A DNA stretch of 64,000 nt from Dehalococcoidia bacterium (GCA_050011565.1 JBEKIW010000002.1:320001-384000); one strand, 5' to 3'; positions 49,602 through 60,724 are shown, counted from the stretch's first letter. A program made the numbers and translations. Notes: generated by a model not told the origin, from the sequence alone.

Positions 49602-52600
49602 ATGAAGGGAACCCACAAGACAAAAAAACAACTCATAGATGAATTGAACTCCCTGAGTCAGTACGTAACTGAGTTGGAGGCAGCGGAAGCCGAACACAAG
49701 CGCGTAGAGCATGATGTGAGGCTGCCAGAGCAAATTTTGGAGAAAATTATCCAGATTCTGGAGAGTACCATAGACCTCATATTTATTCATGATGCCGAAG
49801 GTAACTTTATTTACGTTAATGAAGCAGCTGCCCGGTCGCATGGCTACACCAAGGAAGAATTACTTAAAACAAATCTCCGCAAGTTGAAAATTCAGGAGTC
49901 TTCAGAACTGTTCGAGGGACATATCAAGAAAGTTCTGGAAAAGGGCGATGCCGTTTGCGAGATAGGGCACTATCGAAAGGATGGCTCAGTCTTACCACTT
50001 GAAATTCATACCAGAGCGATTGAAATAGACGGGAACATGGTTCTTGTCAGTGCGGCTCGTGACATCACTGAGCGCAAGCGAGCTGAGGAGGCATTGCGAG
50101 ACAGAGAAGGAAGATACAGGTATCTTTTTGAGCACAGCCAGGTGGCTAACGCCTTAGTCGGATTTGATGGAACAATCATTGATGCCAATCAATCGGCTGC
50201 AGAGCTTTATGGATATAACAAGAGTGAGATAATCGGTAAAAGTTTGCTAGAATTTTTCACCGCAGAGAGCCGGGAAAAAGTAGCCGAGGCCTTTGCTCGC
50301 GGTTTACAGCGTAACTATGCTGAACCTGTGGATGTTGATGCCATTACCAAAGCGGGCACCAAAACCTTCTTCTACCCGGGAGGTTATCAGGTGGTATTTG
50401 AAGGGGGTAAGGAGATAGGATTTTTAATTAGCGTAGTCGATATCACCGAGCGTAGGAGGGCAGAGGAGGCCTTGAAACAGTCGGAGGAGAGGTACCGCAC
50501 CATCCTGGAAGAAATGCAGGATGCTTACTTTGAAGTTGACCTTGCTGGTAATTTCACCTTCGTGAACGATGCCAACTGCCGCCAGTTGGGGTATTCGAGG
50601 GAAGAGTTGATGGGTATGAATAACCGGACAATCACCGCGAGTGACGATATAGAAAATGTATATAAGGTCTTTAATCAGGTCTACCGGGAAGGTCAACCAA
50701 TTAGAGTTTTTAATTTTAAAACCGTTAGAAAAGATGGCAGTATAGGGCAGGGTGAGCTAGCAGTTTTCCCCTTACGAAACGAGAAAGGTGAGATAATCGG
50801 CTTCCGGGGAATCGGACGTGATATCGCCGGACGCTTGCAGATGATTGAAGATTTAAAACGGTCAGAGGAGAGATATAGAACTGTCCTGGACGAAATGGAA
50901 GAGGCCTATTATGAGTTGGACCTTGACGGCAATTTAACCTTTTTCAATGACGCTCTATTCCGCAAGGGAGGCCGTTCCAGAGAAGAGTTGATGGGTATGG
51001 GATATAAGGATTTCACGCCGGCAAAGGACATGGGGCGTGTATACAATGCATTCAATCAGGTCTATAAGACGGGGAAGCCGCTCAAAGGCATTCCACTGCA
51101 GGCTATCAGAAAGGATGGAACAATAATATCCAGCGAGGATACAATTTTACCCGTGAGAAACAAGGCGGGTGAGATAATTGGATTCCGTGGCCTTAGTCAC
51201 GATGTTACCGAGCGCTTGCAGATGATGGAAGCTTTGAGGCGGTCAGAGGAGAGATATCGGACAATGCTGGATGAAATGGAAGAAGCCTACTACGAGGTGG
51301 ACCTAACGGGCAACTTCACTTTCTTTAGCGATGCATTGTGTCGCCAGTTAGGTTATTCCAGAGAAGAGATAATGGGGATGAGCTACCAAATTTACATACC
51401 CCCTGAGAACGCCAAGAAAGTATTTGAGGTCTACAATACCGTGTATCGTACGGGTGAACCATTTAAATTGTTTACTTCGTCACAGATTAAGAAAGACGGA
51501 ACGCGAGTATATACCGAGGACTCAATTTTTCCTATGCGGGATGACGAGGGGAAAATTATCGGATTTAGAGGTATTAGCCGCGACATTACCGACCGCAAAC
51601 AAAGGGACGAAGAAAGGAAACAATTGGAACAGAAGGCCCAGTTTGCCAGCCGCCTGGCTTCTGTCGGCGAGCTGGCTTCGGGTGTCGCCCATGAGATAAA
51701 TAATCCCCTCACCGCAGTAATCGGTTATGCCCACCTGTTGCTGGACAGAAAAGACATACCCGTGGATATAAAACGCGATGTCGAGGTTATTAACGAAGGC
51801 GCCCAGCGTGTGGCGGGGATTATTAAGAAATTGCTTGTCTTTGCCCGCCAGACCAAACCGGAGCGGACATATGTTGACATTAATGAAATCATAAACACCA
51901 CGCTGGAACTGCGAGCTTATTCTCTGCAAAGTTCTAATGTAAAGGTTATACTTCAGTTCGACCCCGATTTACCTATGACTGTTGCCGACCCGGGTCAGCT
52001 CCAGCAAGTTTTTCTCAATTTGATTATGAATGCCGAAACAGAGGTGAAGCTAGTCCAAGGCGGGGGCAAGCTGTCAATCAAGACGGAACAGATAGGCGAT
52101 AACATACTGGTGTCTTTCAAAGACAATGGTCTGGGGATAGCCAAAGAAAACCTGGAGAGAATATTTAATCCCTTCTTCACTACCAGAAAGGTGGGCCAGG
52201 GGACAGGTCTGGGTTTGAGTGTCTGCCATGGAATAGTGACCGAACATAAAGGCAGGATATGGGCTGAAAGCCAGTTGGGCAGGGGAGCTACTTTCATTGT
52301 GGAATTGCCCATAGTCAATGAGAATAAGCAGTTGGAGATGCCTGAGCCTATCGTCCGAGAGACTCGGAAGGCGGCTAAAGCAAGAATACTGGTGGTAGAC
52401 GATGAGACAGTGATACGCCAATTCGTGAGCCAGATATTAACCGAAGAAGGACATGAGGTGGAAGCCGTGGATAGCGCGGAAGATGCCTTAGAAGAGGTTA
52501 ACAACAAGAAATATCAGGCTATTATGTTGGATATAAAGATGCCAGGCATGAGTGGAATTGAATTATACAATCATTTTCAGAAGGTATCGCCGGCACTGGC

Positions 52601-52745
52601 GGAGAAGGTAGTTTTCATTACCGGCGACGTAATGGGAACGAGCACTATGGCCTTTCTTTCCAAGACCAAAGCGCCGTATATTATAAAACCTTTTGATGCC
52701 ACGCAATTGAAAGCAGAGATAAATCGCGTATTAGCCAGCGGGTGA
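49602..52745 (+). CDS. Hybrid sensor histidine kinase with five PAS domains and a receiver
   Basis: PAS/PAC repeats (RDITER); HEINNPL; QVFLNL, DNGLG, PFFTT, GTGLGL; ILVVDD...DIKMPGMSG...KPF. Confidence 0.93.
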   Translation: MKGTHKTKKQLIDELNSLSQYVTELEAAEAEHKRVEHDVRLPEQILEKIIQILESTIDLIFIHDAEGNFIYVNEAAARSHGYTKEELLKTNLRKLKIQESSELFEGHIKKVLEKGDAVCEIGHYRKDGSVLPLEIHTRAIEIDGNMVLVSAARDITERKRAEEALRDREGRYRYLFEHSQVANALVGFDGTIIDANQSAAELYGYNKSEIIGKSLLEFFTAESREKVAEAFARGLQRNYAEPVDVDAITKAGTKTFFYPGGYQVVFEGGKEIGFLISVVDITERRRAEEALKQSEERYRTILEEMQDAYFEVDLAGNFTFVNDANCRQLGYSREELMGMNNRTITASDDIENVYKVFNQVYREGQPIRVFNFKTVRKDGSIGQGELAVFPLRNEKGEIIGFRGIGRDIAGRLQMIEDLKRSEERYRTVLDEMEEAYYELDLDGNLTFFNDALFRKGGRSREELMGMGYKDFTPAKDMGRVYNAFNQVYKTGKPLKGIPLQAIRKDGTIISSEDTILPVRNKAGEIIGFRGLSHDVTERLQMMEALRRSEERYRTMLDEMEEAYYEVDLTGNFTFFSDALCRQLGYSREEIMGMSYQIYIPPENAKKVFEVYNTVYRTGEPFKLFTSSQIKKDGTRVYTEDSIFPMRDDEGKIIGFRGISRDITDRKQRDEERKQLEQKAQFASRLASVGELASGVAHEINNPLTAVIGYAHLLLDRKDIPVDIKRDVEVINEGAQRVAGIIKKLLVFARQTKPERTYVDINEIINTTLELRAYSLQSSNVKVILQFDPDLPMTVADPGQLQQVFLNLIMNAETEVKLVQGGGKLSIKTEQIGDNILVSFKDNGLGIAKENLERIFNPFFTTRKVGQGTGLGLSVCHGIVTEHKGRIWAESQLGRGATFIVELPIVNENKQLEMPEPIVRETRKAAKARILVVDDETVIRQFVSQILTEEGHEVEAVDSAEDALEEVNNKKYQAIMLDIKMPGMSGIELYNHFQKVSPALAEKVVFITGDVMGTSTMAFLSKTKAPYIIKPFDATQLKAEINRVLASG

Positions 52746-52785
52746 TTTGACTAGATTTCCGACCCAGACATTGCAGGCCATGAGC

Positions 52786-53556
52786 CTATTTGTGCGTGAT
52801 TTCGCTCTTTAGCCTGTCCAGCCAGGCCGTTGATTTGAGCTGTTTCTCCAAGAGGTACCTGATATATTCCCGCATCACCTGTTCCAACTCTATAGCCAGC
52901 TCGCGGTTTATTCTTACGCGCCTGGCGGCTGCGAAATCACAATTCTGCCACAGCCGCAGTACCTTTAAGGCGTTCAGGGAAAGAGGGCGTGCCACCGGCT
53001 CGTTGAGACCGCACTTGTAACACAGGACACCACCCAGACTGGAGCTGAAAAAATTGCTGTCAGGTTTCAATTGCGAATTGCAGCCTGTACAATGCTGAAG
53101 CTGGGGACGGTAGCCTAGATGGTCGAGCAGATGCAGCTCGAAATAGCGCAGGATTGGCTCGTAGTCCTTGGATTGGGACAACTGTTTCAGTGTTTCCAGC
53201 AATAAGTCAAAAAGCTGCCGGTCTTCGATATGCTCGCCGGTGAAAGAGTCAACCAGTTCTGCAATGTAGAGACCCCGAGAAATACCTTCTAAATCATCCT
53301 TTATCGGCAGAAAGTTATCGATTGTCTGTGCCTGCGTGATGATATCGAGGTTGCGGCCGCGGGCGAGCATCAGACGGCTGTGGGTGAGAAGTTCTACGTG
53401 GCCGCCAAGCTTGCTTTTAGGACGGCGTGTCCCTTTGGCTACCGCTTTAAGCTTGCCCAGTTCAGGCGTATAAAGGGTAAGGATTCTATCGGCTTCGCCC
53501 AGCTTGATTCGTTTGATGATAATAGCTTCTGTTTGGTAAGTCTTAGGTGCTGTCAT
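52786..53556 (-). CDS. recO: DNA repair protein RecO
   Basis: GEADRILTLYT..GK...AKG, FEL.LL..LGY.P, C..C...C..C. Confidence 0.95.
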   Translation of the reverse strand: MTAPKTYQTEAIIIKRIKLGEADRILTLYTPELGKLKAVAKGTRRPKSKLGGHVELLTHSRLMLARGRNLDIITQAQTIDNFLPIKDDLEGISRGLYIAELVDSFTGEHIEDRQLFDLLLETLKQLSQSKDYEPILRYFELHLLDHLGYRPQLQHCTGCNSQLKPDSNFFSSSLGGVLCYKCGLNEPVARPLSLNALKVLRLWQNCDFAAARRVRINRELAIELEQVMREYIRYLLEKQLKSTAWLDRLKSEITHK

Positions 53557-53569
53557 GGCCTGCGTTTGT

Positions 53570-54181
53570 TCACATTTCCTGCCTGCCTTCTAAGGCACGG
53601 CTGAGGGTGACATCGTCGGCATATTCCAGGTCGGCACCATAGGGCAAACCGCGGGCCAGACGTGTGATTCTAATACCAAGGGGGGCAATCAAGCGCTGGA
53701 TATACATGGCAGTGGCTTCACCTTCAAGGTTCGGATTGGTTGCCAGTATCACCTCAGTCACCAGGCCGTCATTAAGGCGTGACAGCAGCTCCTTTATTTT
53801 CAGCTCGTCAGGTCCTATACCGTCAGTAGGAGCGATGACGCCGTGAAGTACGTGGTAAAGCCCTTGGTATTTCTTGGTGCGTTCTAACGGCGGGATATCT
53901 ATAGGCTCTTCGACGATGCAGATTTTTGTGTGGTCGCGTTCTTCGTCTCGGCACGTAGCGCAGGGGTCAGAGTCGGTGATATTGAGACAAACGGAACATA
54001 ACGCTAGTTTTTCTTTTAAATTTCTGATGGCGTCGGCCAAGGCACCGACTTCGCCGGCAGGTGCCCGGAGCAAGTAGTAAGTAAGCCTCTGGGCGCTTTT
54101 TGGCCCTATGCCCGGCAGCTTGTTGAATTCTTCTATCAGCCTGGTTATGGGCTCGGCAGTGTGGATTGAATCTGCACTCAA
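53570..54181 (-). CDS. recR: Recombination protein RecR
   Basis: LPGIGPKSAQRL, C4 finger, YHVLHG, EGEATA, LEYAD. Confidence 0.96.
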   Translation of the reverse strand: MSADSIHTAEPITRLIEEFNKLPGIGPKSAQRLTYYLLRAPAGEVGALADAIRNLKEKLALCSVCLNITDSDPCATCRDEERDHTKICIVEEPIDIPPLERTKKYQGLYHVLHGVIAPTDGIGPDELKIKELLSRLNDGLVTEVILATNPNLEGEATAMYIQRLIAPLGIRITRLARGLPYGADLEYADDVTLSRALEGRQEM

Positions 54182-54194
54182 ATATTTTGCCCCC

Positions 54195-54500
54195 TTAAAA
54201 CATACCCGGGATTTTGAGGCCGCCGGTTAAGCCGCTTAAGTGGCTGGCGGCGAGCTCCTGTGATTTCTGGATAGCTTCATTCACGGCTGTCATCACCAGG
54301 TCCTCGAGCATCTCAGCGTCTTCAGCGTTAATGACTTCCAGCGATATGCTCACAGAGCGAATTCTTTGCTGGCCGTCAATTACTATCTTGATAGCTCCAC
54401 CTCCGGAGCTTACTTCAGTAGTCATATCGGCCAACTCTTGCTGGGCCTTGAGCAGCTTGGCCTGTAAATCCTGTGCCTGGCGAAGTACAAACTTGTTCAT
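54195..54500 (-). CDS. ybaB: YbaB/EbfC nucleoid-associated protein
   Basis: SGGG, D.EMLEDL...AVN.A; lies between dnaX and recR. Confidence 0.93.
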   Translation of the reverse strand: MNKFVLRQAQDLQAKLLKAQQELADMTTEVSSGGGAIKIVIDGQQRIRSVSISLEVINAEDAEMLEDLVMTAVNEAIQKSQELAASHLSGLTGGLKIPGMF

Positions 54501-56143
54501 TCCTCCTCCATTCTGGGCTTCCTGCCGACGATAGTAGCACCATAGCTTTCCTTAGCCGCTTTTACCAGAGGGCTCTCTCCTTCCGATTTGCCTTTGGCTT
54601 TCCCTGCGGTCAGAACGCAACGCACCTGGTAAGAACGGCCGAAGACTTCTCGCAGCTTCTTTTCCACCAGATGCTTATACTTCGGGTCTTCAATATATTC
54701 CTTGTGAAATTTATGATAAAAACCCAGTGTCAGCGTATTATCTTCAATGGAAAGAGGTTCGCAGGAGCTGCGTAAAAAGGCATCCAGGTTGCCTTTGGAG
54801 CCCTCGCCGCGCATAGCGTTGACAAAGTCTTTCCAGCGGTCGCGTATGTCGTTCATCTCCGGAGAAGATGCTATTTCCAGAGTCTTTACGGGTTCGATTG
54901 GCTCCGCCTGGGTCTCGGCGCTTTTAGCCGGTGCCGGCGCGTTAGCTTCGGTTTTAGCCTGGATTTTAGCTTCCGGAACCGACCTGGTTGGTTTGGCAGG
55001 CCGGCTAGTCACCGCAGCCGGTTCTTTGGGCTCAGGTTGTTCGGTTTTGATTGGCTCCTTAGCTGCGGTAGAAGCTAAAATACAGTCAACGAGGGCCAGT
55101 TCTAAGGGCAGCGATGAGTAGTTGTCCAGGCGGAGGTCTATCTCGCCAAAGCGCTTGACTGCTATTAGAAGGTAATCTAGGCTGGCGCCGGTTGCCAGCT
55201 CTTTTATCTCAATTAAGTCGTCACTGGTAACATCTAGGACTTCTTCCGAGCCAGACTTGACCAGGAGTAACTCCCTTAGATAGTCTACCAGTTCACGATT
55301 GAATTGGCGGAGGTCGAGACCGTCACTGGCGACGCTGTTAATTGTCTTAAGGCCGGCAGTGATATCCTTATTGACGATATGTCTGGCTAGCTCTCTAATG
55401 CGCATGTCGCCACTGATGCCTAGCATCTCCTGCACCTGGTGCAGTTTAATCTCGTGTCCGTAATAGGTAACCAGTTGCTCAAGTAAATTTTCTGCATCGC
55501 GGAGGCTGCCGGTAGTGACTTTGGCAATGAGCCTCAAGGCCTCAGACACAATATTAATGCTTTCTTTGTCGCAGATAAGGTTCAGCTTGGAGATAACCGA
55601 TGATTGGGACAATCGATGGAAATCGAATCTCTGGCAGCGCGACATTATGGTTGACAGGACTTTGTGTGGTTCCGTAGTTGCCAGTATGAATATAGCGTGA
55701 GGCGGCGGCTCTTCCAGGGTCTTAAGGAATGCATTGGACGCTTCCTTGGTTATCATGTGGACCTCGTCTATGATATAGACCTTATAGCGAGCCAGGTTGG
55801 GGGTATAATTGACCTTTTCTCTCAGGTCTCGAATTTCATCGATGCCCCGGTTACTGGCGGCGTCTATTTCTATAATGTCGGGAGCGCTGGCTTCGTTTAT
55901 TGCTTTACATAAGGCACAGCTATTGCACGGCTCGCCCTGTTCCGGATTCAGGCAATTTATGGCTTTAGCCAGTATGCGTCCGGTACTGGTCTTACCGGTG
56001 CCTCTGGGACCGCAGAAGAGGTAGGCATGGGCTACCCGCCCACCGGCTACAGCATTACGTAGTGTTTGGGTAACGTGCTCTTGTCCCACTACTTCCGATA
56101 GGTTTTGGGGGCGCCATTTGCGGTAATAAACCTGGGAGGCCAT
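54497..56143 (-). CDS. dnaX: DNA polymerase III subunit gamma/tau
   Basis: YRKWRP, GPRGTGKT, EIDAASN, DEVH, LKTLEEPP, SRC. Confidence 0.96.
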   Translation of the reverse strand: MASQVYYRKWRPQNLSEVVGQEHVTQTLRNAVAGGRVAHAYLFCGPRGTGKTSTGRILAKAINCLNPEQGEPCNSCALCKAINEASAPDIIEIDAASNRGIDEIRDLREKVNYTPNLARYKVYIIDEVHMITKEASNAFLKTLEEPPPHAIFILATTEPHKVLSTIMSRCQRFDFHRLSQSSVISKLNLICDKESINIVSEALRLIAKVTTGSLRDAENLLEQLVTYYGHEIKLHQVQEMLGISGDMRIRELARHIVNKDITAGLKTINSVASDGLDLRQFNRELVDYLRELLLVKSGSEEVLDVTSDDLIEIKELATGASLDYLLIAVKRFGEIDLRLDNYSSLPLELALVDCILASTAAKEPIKTEQPEPKEPAAVTSRPAKPTRSVPEAKIQAKTEANAPAPAKSAETQAEPIEPVKTLEIASSPEMNDIRDRWKDFVNAMRGEGSKGNLDAFLRSSCEPLSIEDNTLTLGFYHKFHKEYIEDPKYKHLVEKKLREVFGRSYQVRCVLTAGKAKGKSEGESPLVKAAKESYGATIVGRKPRMEEE

Positions 56144-56340
56144 GCCGTCACTATTATACTCCATAATGAGTTGATTGCTAAAGTTCGGTGACAATCTTTG
56201 AACCCTGAGGAGCCGTCTATCATTTACATTTATCTTATTCAATTAGGAGGAAAAAAACTAAGCAGTAAAGTAATTGTGCATTGATTTTGAACCTATGTTA
56301 TAATTGTGCGTTACGGACATATGTTAGAAGGAGTATAAAT

Positions 56341-56604
56341 TTGGATAAAGAGAAGAAGAGCGCTATCATTTCGGACTTCAAAGTTCACGATGGTGATACC
56401 GGCTCCACTGAAGTCCAGGTAGCGCTGCTTACGGAGAGGATAAATCAACTCTCTGAGCATTTGAAGGCGCATCCTCATGACCAACACACCCGTCGCGGAC
56501 TTCTGAAGCTCATAGGACAGCGAAGGCGCTTGCTTGCCTATGCTTCCAAGAGCGACATTAAGAACTATCGCAGTTTAATTTCCAGGTTGGGCCTGAGGAA
56601 ATAA
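56341..56604 (+). CDS. rpsO: 30S ribosomal protein S15
   Basis: [20 protein letters not shown]...G.RRRLL; TTG start after AAGGAG. Confidence 0.97.
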   Translation: MDKEKKSAIISDFKVHDGDTGSTEVQVALLTERINQLSEHLKAHPHDQHTRRGLLKLIGQRRRLLAYASKSDIKNYRSLISRLGLRK

Positions 56605-56627
56605 ACTCAGAAGTGTTTGGGTAGGTT

Positions 56628-58835
56628 ATGTCTGAGTCTGTCCAGGATGAAATTGGGGGTAGGCGCCTAACTATCGATACAGGCAAGCTGGCAGCACAAG
56701 CTGACAGCGCTGTTACCGTTAGCTATGGCGATACTGTTGTTTTAGTCACCGTTTGCGTTAGTGATGCGCCACGTGGAAATGGTGATTTCGTCCATCTGAC
56801 CATAGATTATGAGGAAAGGCACTATGCTGTCGGCAAGATACCCGGGAGCTTCATCAGACGAGAGGGACGTCCCAGTCAAGAGGCAACTCTGGCCGGGCGG
56901 CTAACCGACCGCAGTCTACGTCCGCTTTTTGATAAAAATCTGCATAACGATGTCCAGATTGTGGTCACTGTCCTTTCCACGGACCAGGAGAATGACCCCG
57001 ATATACTAGCGGTCAGCGGAGCTTCGGCTGCGATGACCCTTTCTTCCATCCCGTTCTATGGTCCGATAGGTGCGGTGCGTGTCGGCTATCTCGACGGTAA
57101 CCTCGTACTAAACCCCACATTGCCTCAGTTGGCGGACAGCCTGTTGGACCTTGTTATCGTCAGCACCAAAGAAGCCATAGTCATGGTGGAAGCGGGAGCC
57201 AAGGAAGTTTCCGAGGAGATAGTTCTGGAAGCCATTATATTTGGGCACAAGGCGAACCAGGATATCATAAAGCTCCAGGAGAGTTTGCAGCAGACTTACA
57301 ACAAGCCCAAAATGGAAGTGAAAGCGTCTGAAACCGGGGATGAATTGTCAACAGCTGTATCTTCAGAATTCGGGGGCAGATTGAGTGAGGCAGTCAAATT
57401 AGCCGAGCGGGCTGAACGGGAAAAGGCGATTGAAGTAGTAAAACATGAAGCCCTGGAAAAGTTTAAGGAGACATTTACTGAAGCTGATATTAATGCTGCG
57501 CTTGAAAACCAAATTAAAAAGGCAGCCAGAGCATATATTTTGGAAAAGAGGCAACATCTCGACGGCCGCCAACCAAAAGAGATACGTCACCTTAGTGGTG
57601 AAGTCGGTTTCCTGCCGCGCACTCACGGCTCAGGCCTATTCAGCAGAGGGCTAACTCAGGTATTGACCATAACCACCTTGGGTTCTCTTCGACAAGAGCA
57701 ATTGATTGATGGCCTGGGATTGGAAGAGACAAAACGTTTTATGCACCATTATAACTTTCCCCCGTTTTCTACCGGTGAGGTGAAGCGTCTCGGCTCACCC
57801 GGGCGGCGTGAAATAGGACATGGCGCGCTGGCGGAAAGAGCTTTGACGCCGGTGATACCGTCTAAAGACGAGTTCTCCTATACAATACGCCTGGTGTCCG
57901 AAGTGCTTAGCTCTAATGGCAGTACTTCGATGGCGAGTGTCTGCAGCTCGACCCTGGCTTTGATGGATGCCGGCGTGCCGATTAAAGCTCCGGTGGCGGG
58001 GATAGCTATGGGGCTGGTTACCGGTGATAATAATGACTATATCGTCCTGACTGATATCGAAGGCATGGAGGATGCCTATGGCGATATGGATTTCAAGGTA
58101 GCGGGTACCGACAAAGGAATTACAGCTCTTCAATTGGACATTAAACTTAGAGGCGTAAGTTACGACATTTTAGCTGAAGCGATAAAACAGTCGCGTGAAG
58201 CATATACCGAGATACTGGACAAACTGAGACAGATTATCAGCACCAGCCGCCCTGAACTTAGCCCTTATGCGCCGCGAATGTACAAGATGACCATTGACCC
58301 GGGCAAAATCGGCGCCGTAATCGGCCCCGGGGGCAAGACTATCCGGTCCATAATTGAAGAGGCTAAGGTGACCATAGATGTTGAAAATGATGGTACGGTG
58401 ATTATCGGTTCACCCAGCCAGGAAGCAGCTCAGAAAGCAATCGAAAAAATAGAGAGCCTGACCCGGGAAGTGGAAGTCGGCGGCATTTATACCGGGAAGG
58501 TAACTCGTTTGACAAACTTCGGCGCTTTTGTCGAGATTCTGCCCGGAAAGGAAGGCCTGGTTCATATAAGTGAGCTAGCCGACTCTCATGTTGCCAAGGT
58601 CGAGGATGTGGTGAAGGTGGGCGATGAGATTATGGTTAAAGTTATTGAAATCGACCACCTGGGAAGGGTAAACTTGTCACGGCGGGCAGTTTTTTCAGAT
58701 TCGCCGACAGCTCGGACAGGTGAGACTACAGAATCTACCGGAACACATCGTCCTCCGCCCAGGCAGCAAAAATATCGTCCCGGTGGTCAGCAGAGCGATA
58801 GAGACAACCCACGCCGCACTCCTAAGTGGCGTTAG
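56628..58835 (+). CDS. pnp: Polyribonucleotide nucleotidyltransferase
   Basis: RREGRP, RREIGHG, SNGSTS, GDMDFK, KH and S1 domains. Confidence 0.97.
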   Translation: MSESVQDEIGGRRLTIDTGKLAAQADSAVTVSYGDTVVLVTVCVSDAPRGNGDFVHLTIDYEERHYAVGKIPGSFIRREGRPSQEATLAGRLTDRSLRPLFDKNLHNDVQIVVTVLSTDQENDPDILAVSGASAAMTLSSIPFYGPIGAVRVGYLDGNLVLNPTLPQLADSLLDLVIVSTKEAIVMVEAGAKEVSEEIVLEAIIFGHKANQDIIKLQESLQQTYNKPKMEVKASETGDELSTAVSSEFGGRLSEAVKLAERAEREKAIEVVKHEALEKFKETFTEADINAALENQIKKAARAYILEKRQHLDGRQPKEIRHLSGEVGFLPRTHGSGLFSRGLTQVLTITTLGSLRQEQLIDGLGLEETKRFMHHYNFPPFSTGEVKRLGSPGRREIGHGALAERALTPVIPSKDEFSYTIRLVSEVLSSNGSTSMASVCSSTLALMDAGVPIKAPVAGIAMGLVTGDNNDYIVLTDIEGMEDAYGDMDFKVAGTDKGITALQLDIKLRGVSYDILAEAIKQSREAYTEILDKLRQIISTSRPELSPYAPRMYKMTIDPGKIGAVIGPGGKTIRSIIEEAKVTIDVENDGTVIIGSPSQEAAQKAIEKIESLTREVEVGGIYTGKVTRLTNFGAFVEILPGKEGLVHISELADSHVAKVEDVVKVGDEIMVKVIEIDHLGRVNLSRRAVFSDSPTARTGETTESTGTHRPPPRQQKYRPGGQQSDRDNPRRTPKWR

Positions 58836-58871
58836 GGAACCAGTACTTGACTCAAATATTGGGGGTGGGAA

Positions 58872-59690
58872 ATGGAACCGATAACAGTATTGGTACATGG
58901 GGCTTTAGGCAAAATGGGGAGGGAGGTGGTGGCTGCGATAAGTCGAACTCCCGAACTTGAATTGGTTGGAGCTGTCGACATTAAAGCGACTCAAGGGGAG
59001 CTGACTTTACCGGACGGTTCAAAGAAGGTGCCTCTTTCTTCCAATCTGAGTTCGCTTCTTGAAGTCTGCCATCCAAAGGTGCTGCTAGATTTCACCATTG
59101 CTGAGGCCGCAATGTCGGCGGCTCGTATTGCCCTTAAACAGGGCGTTAACGTTGTTATAGGCACATCCGGACTTTCAGAAGACAATCTCAAAGAGATTGC
59201 CCAACTGTCTGAAGCTAATAAGGTAGGTGCCGTAGTAGCCCCTAACTTTACCATTGGGGCAGCAGTCCTATTAAATGCGGTTAAGGCGGCAGCCAAATTA
59301 TTCGACTACGTGGATATAGTTGAGATGCATCATCATGAAAAGGTAGACGCCCCATCGGGGACTGCGATGGCTACAGCAAAGGCTATGCTGCAGTCGCGCG
59401 GCAAGCCCTTCCTTTATTCCAAAACCAAAAAGGAAACGCTCAGCGGCACTCGTGGTGGGGAGGTTGACGGTGTGGCTATCCATAGCGTAAGATTACCTGG
59501 ATTTGTTGCCAGTCAGGAGGTTGTGTTTGGGGGGCAGGGGCAAACGCTTAGCTTTCGCCATGATACTATAGGGCGTGAGTGCTATGTACCTGGCGTTATC
59601 TTAGCCATAAAAGAAGTTGTGAATCGGAAAGGATTGGTTTACGGACTGGATACCCTGTTGAATTTAAGGGGGAGCAATGAAATCCTATAA
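58872..59690 (+). CDS. dapB: 4-hydroxy-tetrahydrodipicolinate reductase
   Basis: GA.GKMG, GTSG, E.HH..K.DAPSGTA. Confidence 0.96.
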   Translation: MEPITVLVHGALGKMGREVVAAISRTPELELVGAVDIKATQGELTLPDGSKKVPLSSNLSSLLEVCHPKVLLDFTIAEAAMSAARIALKQGVNVVIGTSGLSEDNLKEIAQLSEANKVGAVVAPNFTIGAAVLLNAVKAAAKLFDYVDIVEMHHHEKVDAPSGTAMATAKAMLQSRGKPFLYSKTKKETLSGTRGGEVDGVAIHSVRLPGFVASQEVVFGGQGQTLSFRHDTIGRECYVPGVILAIKEVVNRKGLVYGLDTLLNLRGSNEIL

Positions 59691-60702
59691 TGTGGCTATC
59701 GTAGGCGCCACCGGAATGGTGGGACAGGAATTCATCAAGGTACTGCAGCAGCGAAATTTCCCGGTGGCATCTATAAATCTCTACGCCTCCGACCGGTCGG
59801 CAGGTAAGAAGCTGTATGTTGGCCATCATGAGATTGAAGTTAAGGAGACCGCCCCCGAATCTTTTCAGAATATTGATATTGCGCTCTTCTCAGCCGGGTC
59901 TGAGATTAGCCGCTATTTTTCACCTATCGCTGCCAAGTCCGGAGCACTTGTCGTTGACAACAGCGCGGCTTTCAGGATGGAGCCCAAGGTGCCTCTCGTT
60001 GTTCCTGAAATAAATCCCGAAGACATAAAGTGGCACGAAGGAATTATTGCTAATCCGAATTGCTCCACCATTCAAATGGTAGTAGCTTTATATCCACTTC
60101 ATAAGGTAAACCCTATAAAGCGGGTAGTTGTTTCTACTTATCAATCGGTTTCCGGTACCGGTGCCGCTGCTATGGAGGAATTGACCACTCAAGCTAAGTT
60201 GGTATTGGAAGGGCAGAACGTGGTTCCACATGTATATCCTCACCAGATAGGATTTAATTTATTACCGGAGATAGATGTTTTCCTGGATAACGGCTATACC
60301 AAGGAAGAATGGAAGATGGTCGATGAGACTCGAAAGATAATGCATGCTCCTGATATGGCTATCTCTGCAACTTGTGTCAGAGTGCCTGTTTTCATTGCAC
60401 ATAGTGAAGCGGTGAACATTGAATTTACCGACCCTATGAGCCCCGAGGAAGCGAGACAGATATTGGCTAAGGCTCCGGGTGTGAAGGTGCTCGATGACCC
60501 CAGTGTTAGCCTTTATCCCATGCCCTGGCTGGCTGCCGGCTCAGATGATGTTTATGTGGGACGTATCCGCTCTGATGCATCTCATCAGAGGGGTTTGGTG
60601 ATATGGGTGGTAAGCGATAATTTGCGTAAAGGTGCTGCCCTCAATGCTATCCAGATTGCCGAGGAAGCTACACGACGGGAATGGGTTAAAAGCGGCAAAT
60701 AA
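59677..60702 (+). CDS. asd: Aspartate-semialdehyde dehydrogenase
   Basis: VGATG.VG, ANPNCST, TCVRVP, DNLRKGAA. Confidence 0.97.
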   Translation: MKSYNVAIVGATGMVGQEFIKVLQQRNFPVASINLYASDRSAGKKLYVGHHEIEVKETAPESFQNIDIALFSAGSEISRYFSPIAAKSGALVVDNSAAFRMEPKVPLVVPEINPEDIKWHEGIIANPNCSTIQMVVALYPLHKVNPIKRVVVSTYQSVSGTGAAAMEELTTQAKLVLEGQNVVPHVYPHQIGFNLLPEIDVFLDNGYTKEEWKMVDETRKIMHAPDMAISATCVRVPVFIAHSEAVNIEFTDPMSPEEARQILAKAPGVKVLDDPSVSLYPMPWLAAGSDDVYVGRIRSDASHQRGLVIWVVSDNLRKGAALNAIQIAEEATRREWVKSGK

Positions 60703-60724
60703 ATCATCTGTAAGGAGGCTGGTG

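Noticed and set aside
56144-56340. SRP RNA or tRNA upstream of dnaX
   Set aside because: No SRP domain IV motif or cloverleaf is visible; the region looks like divergent promoters.
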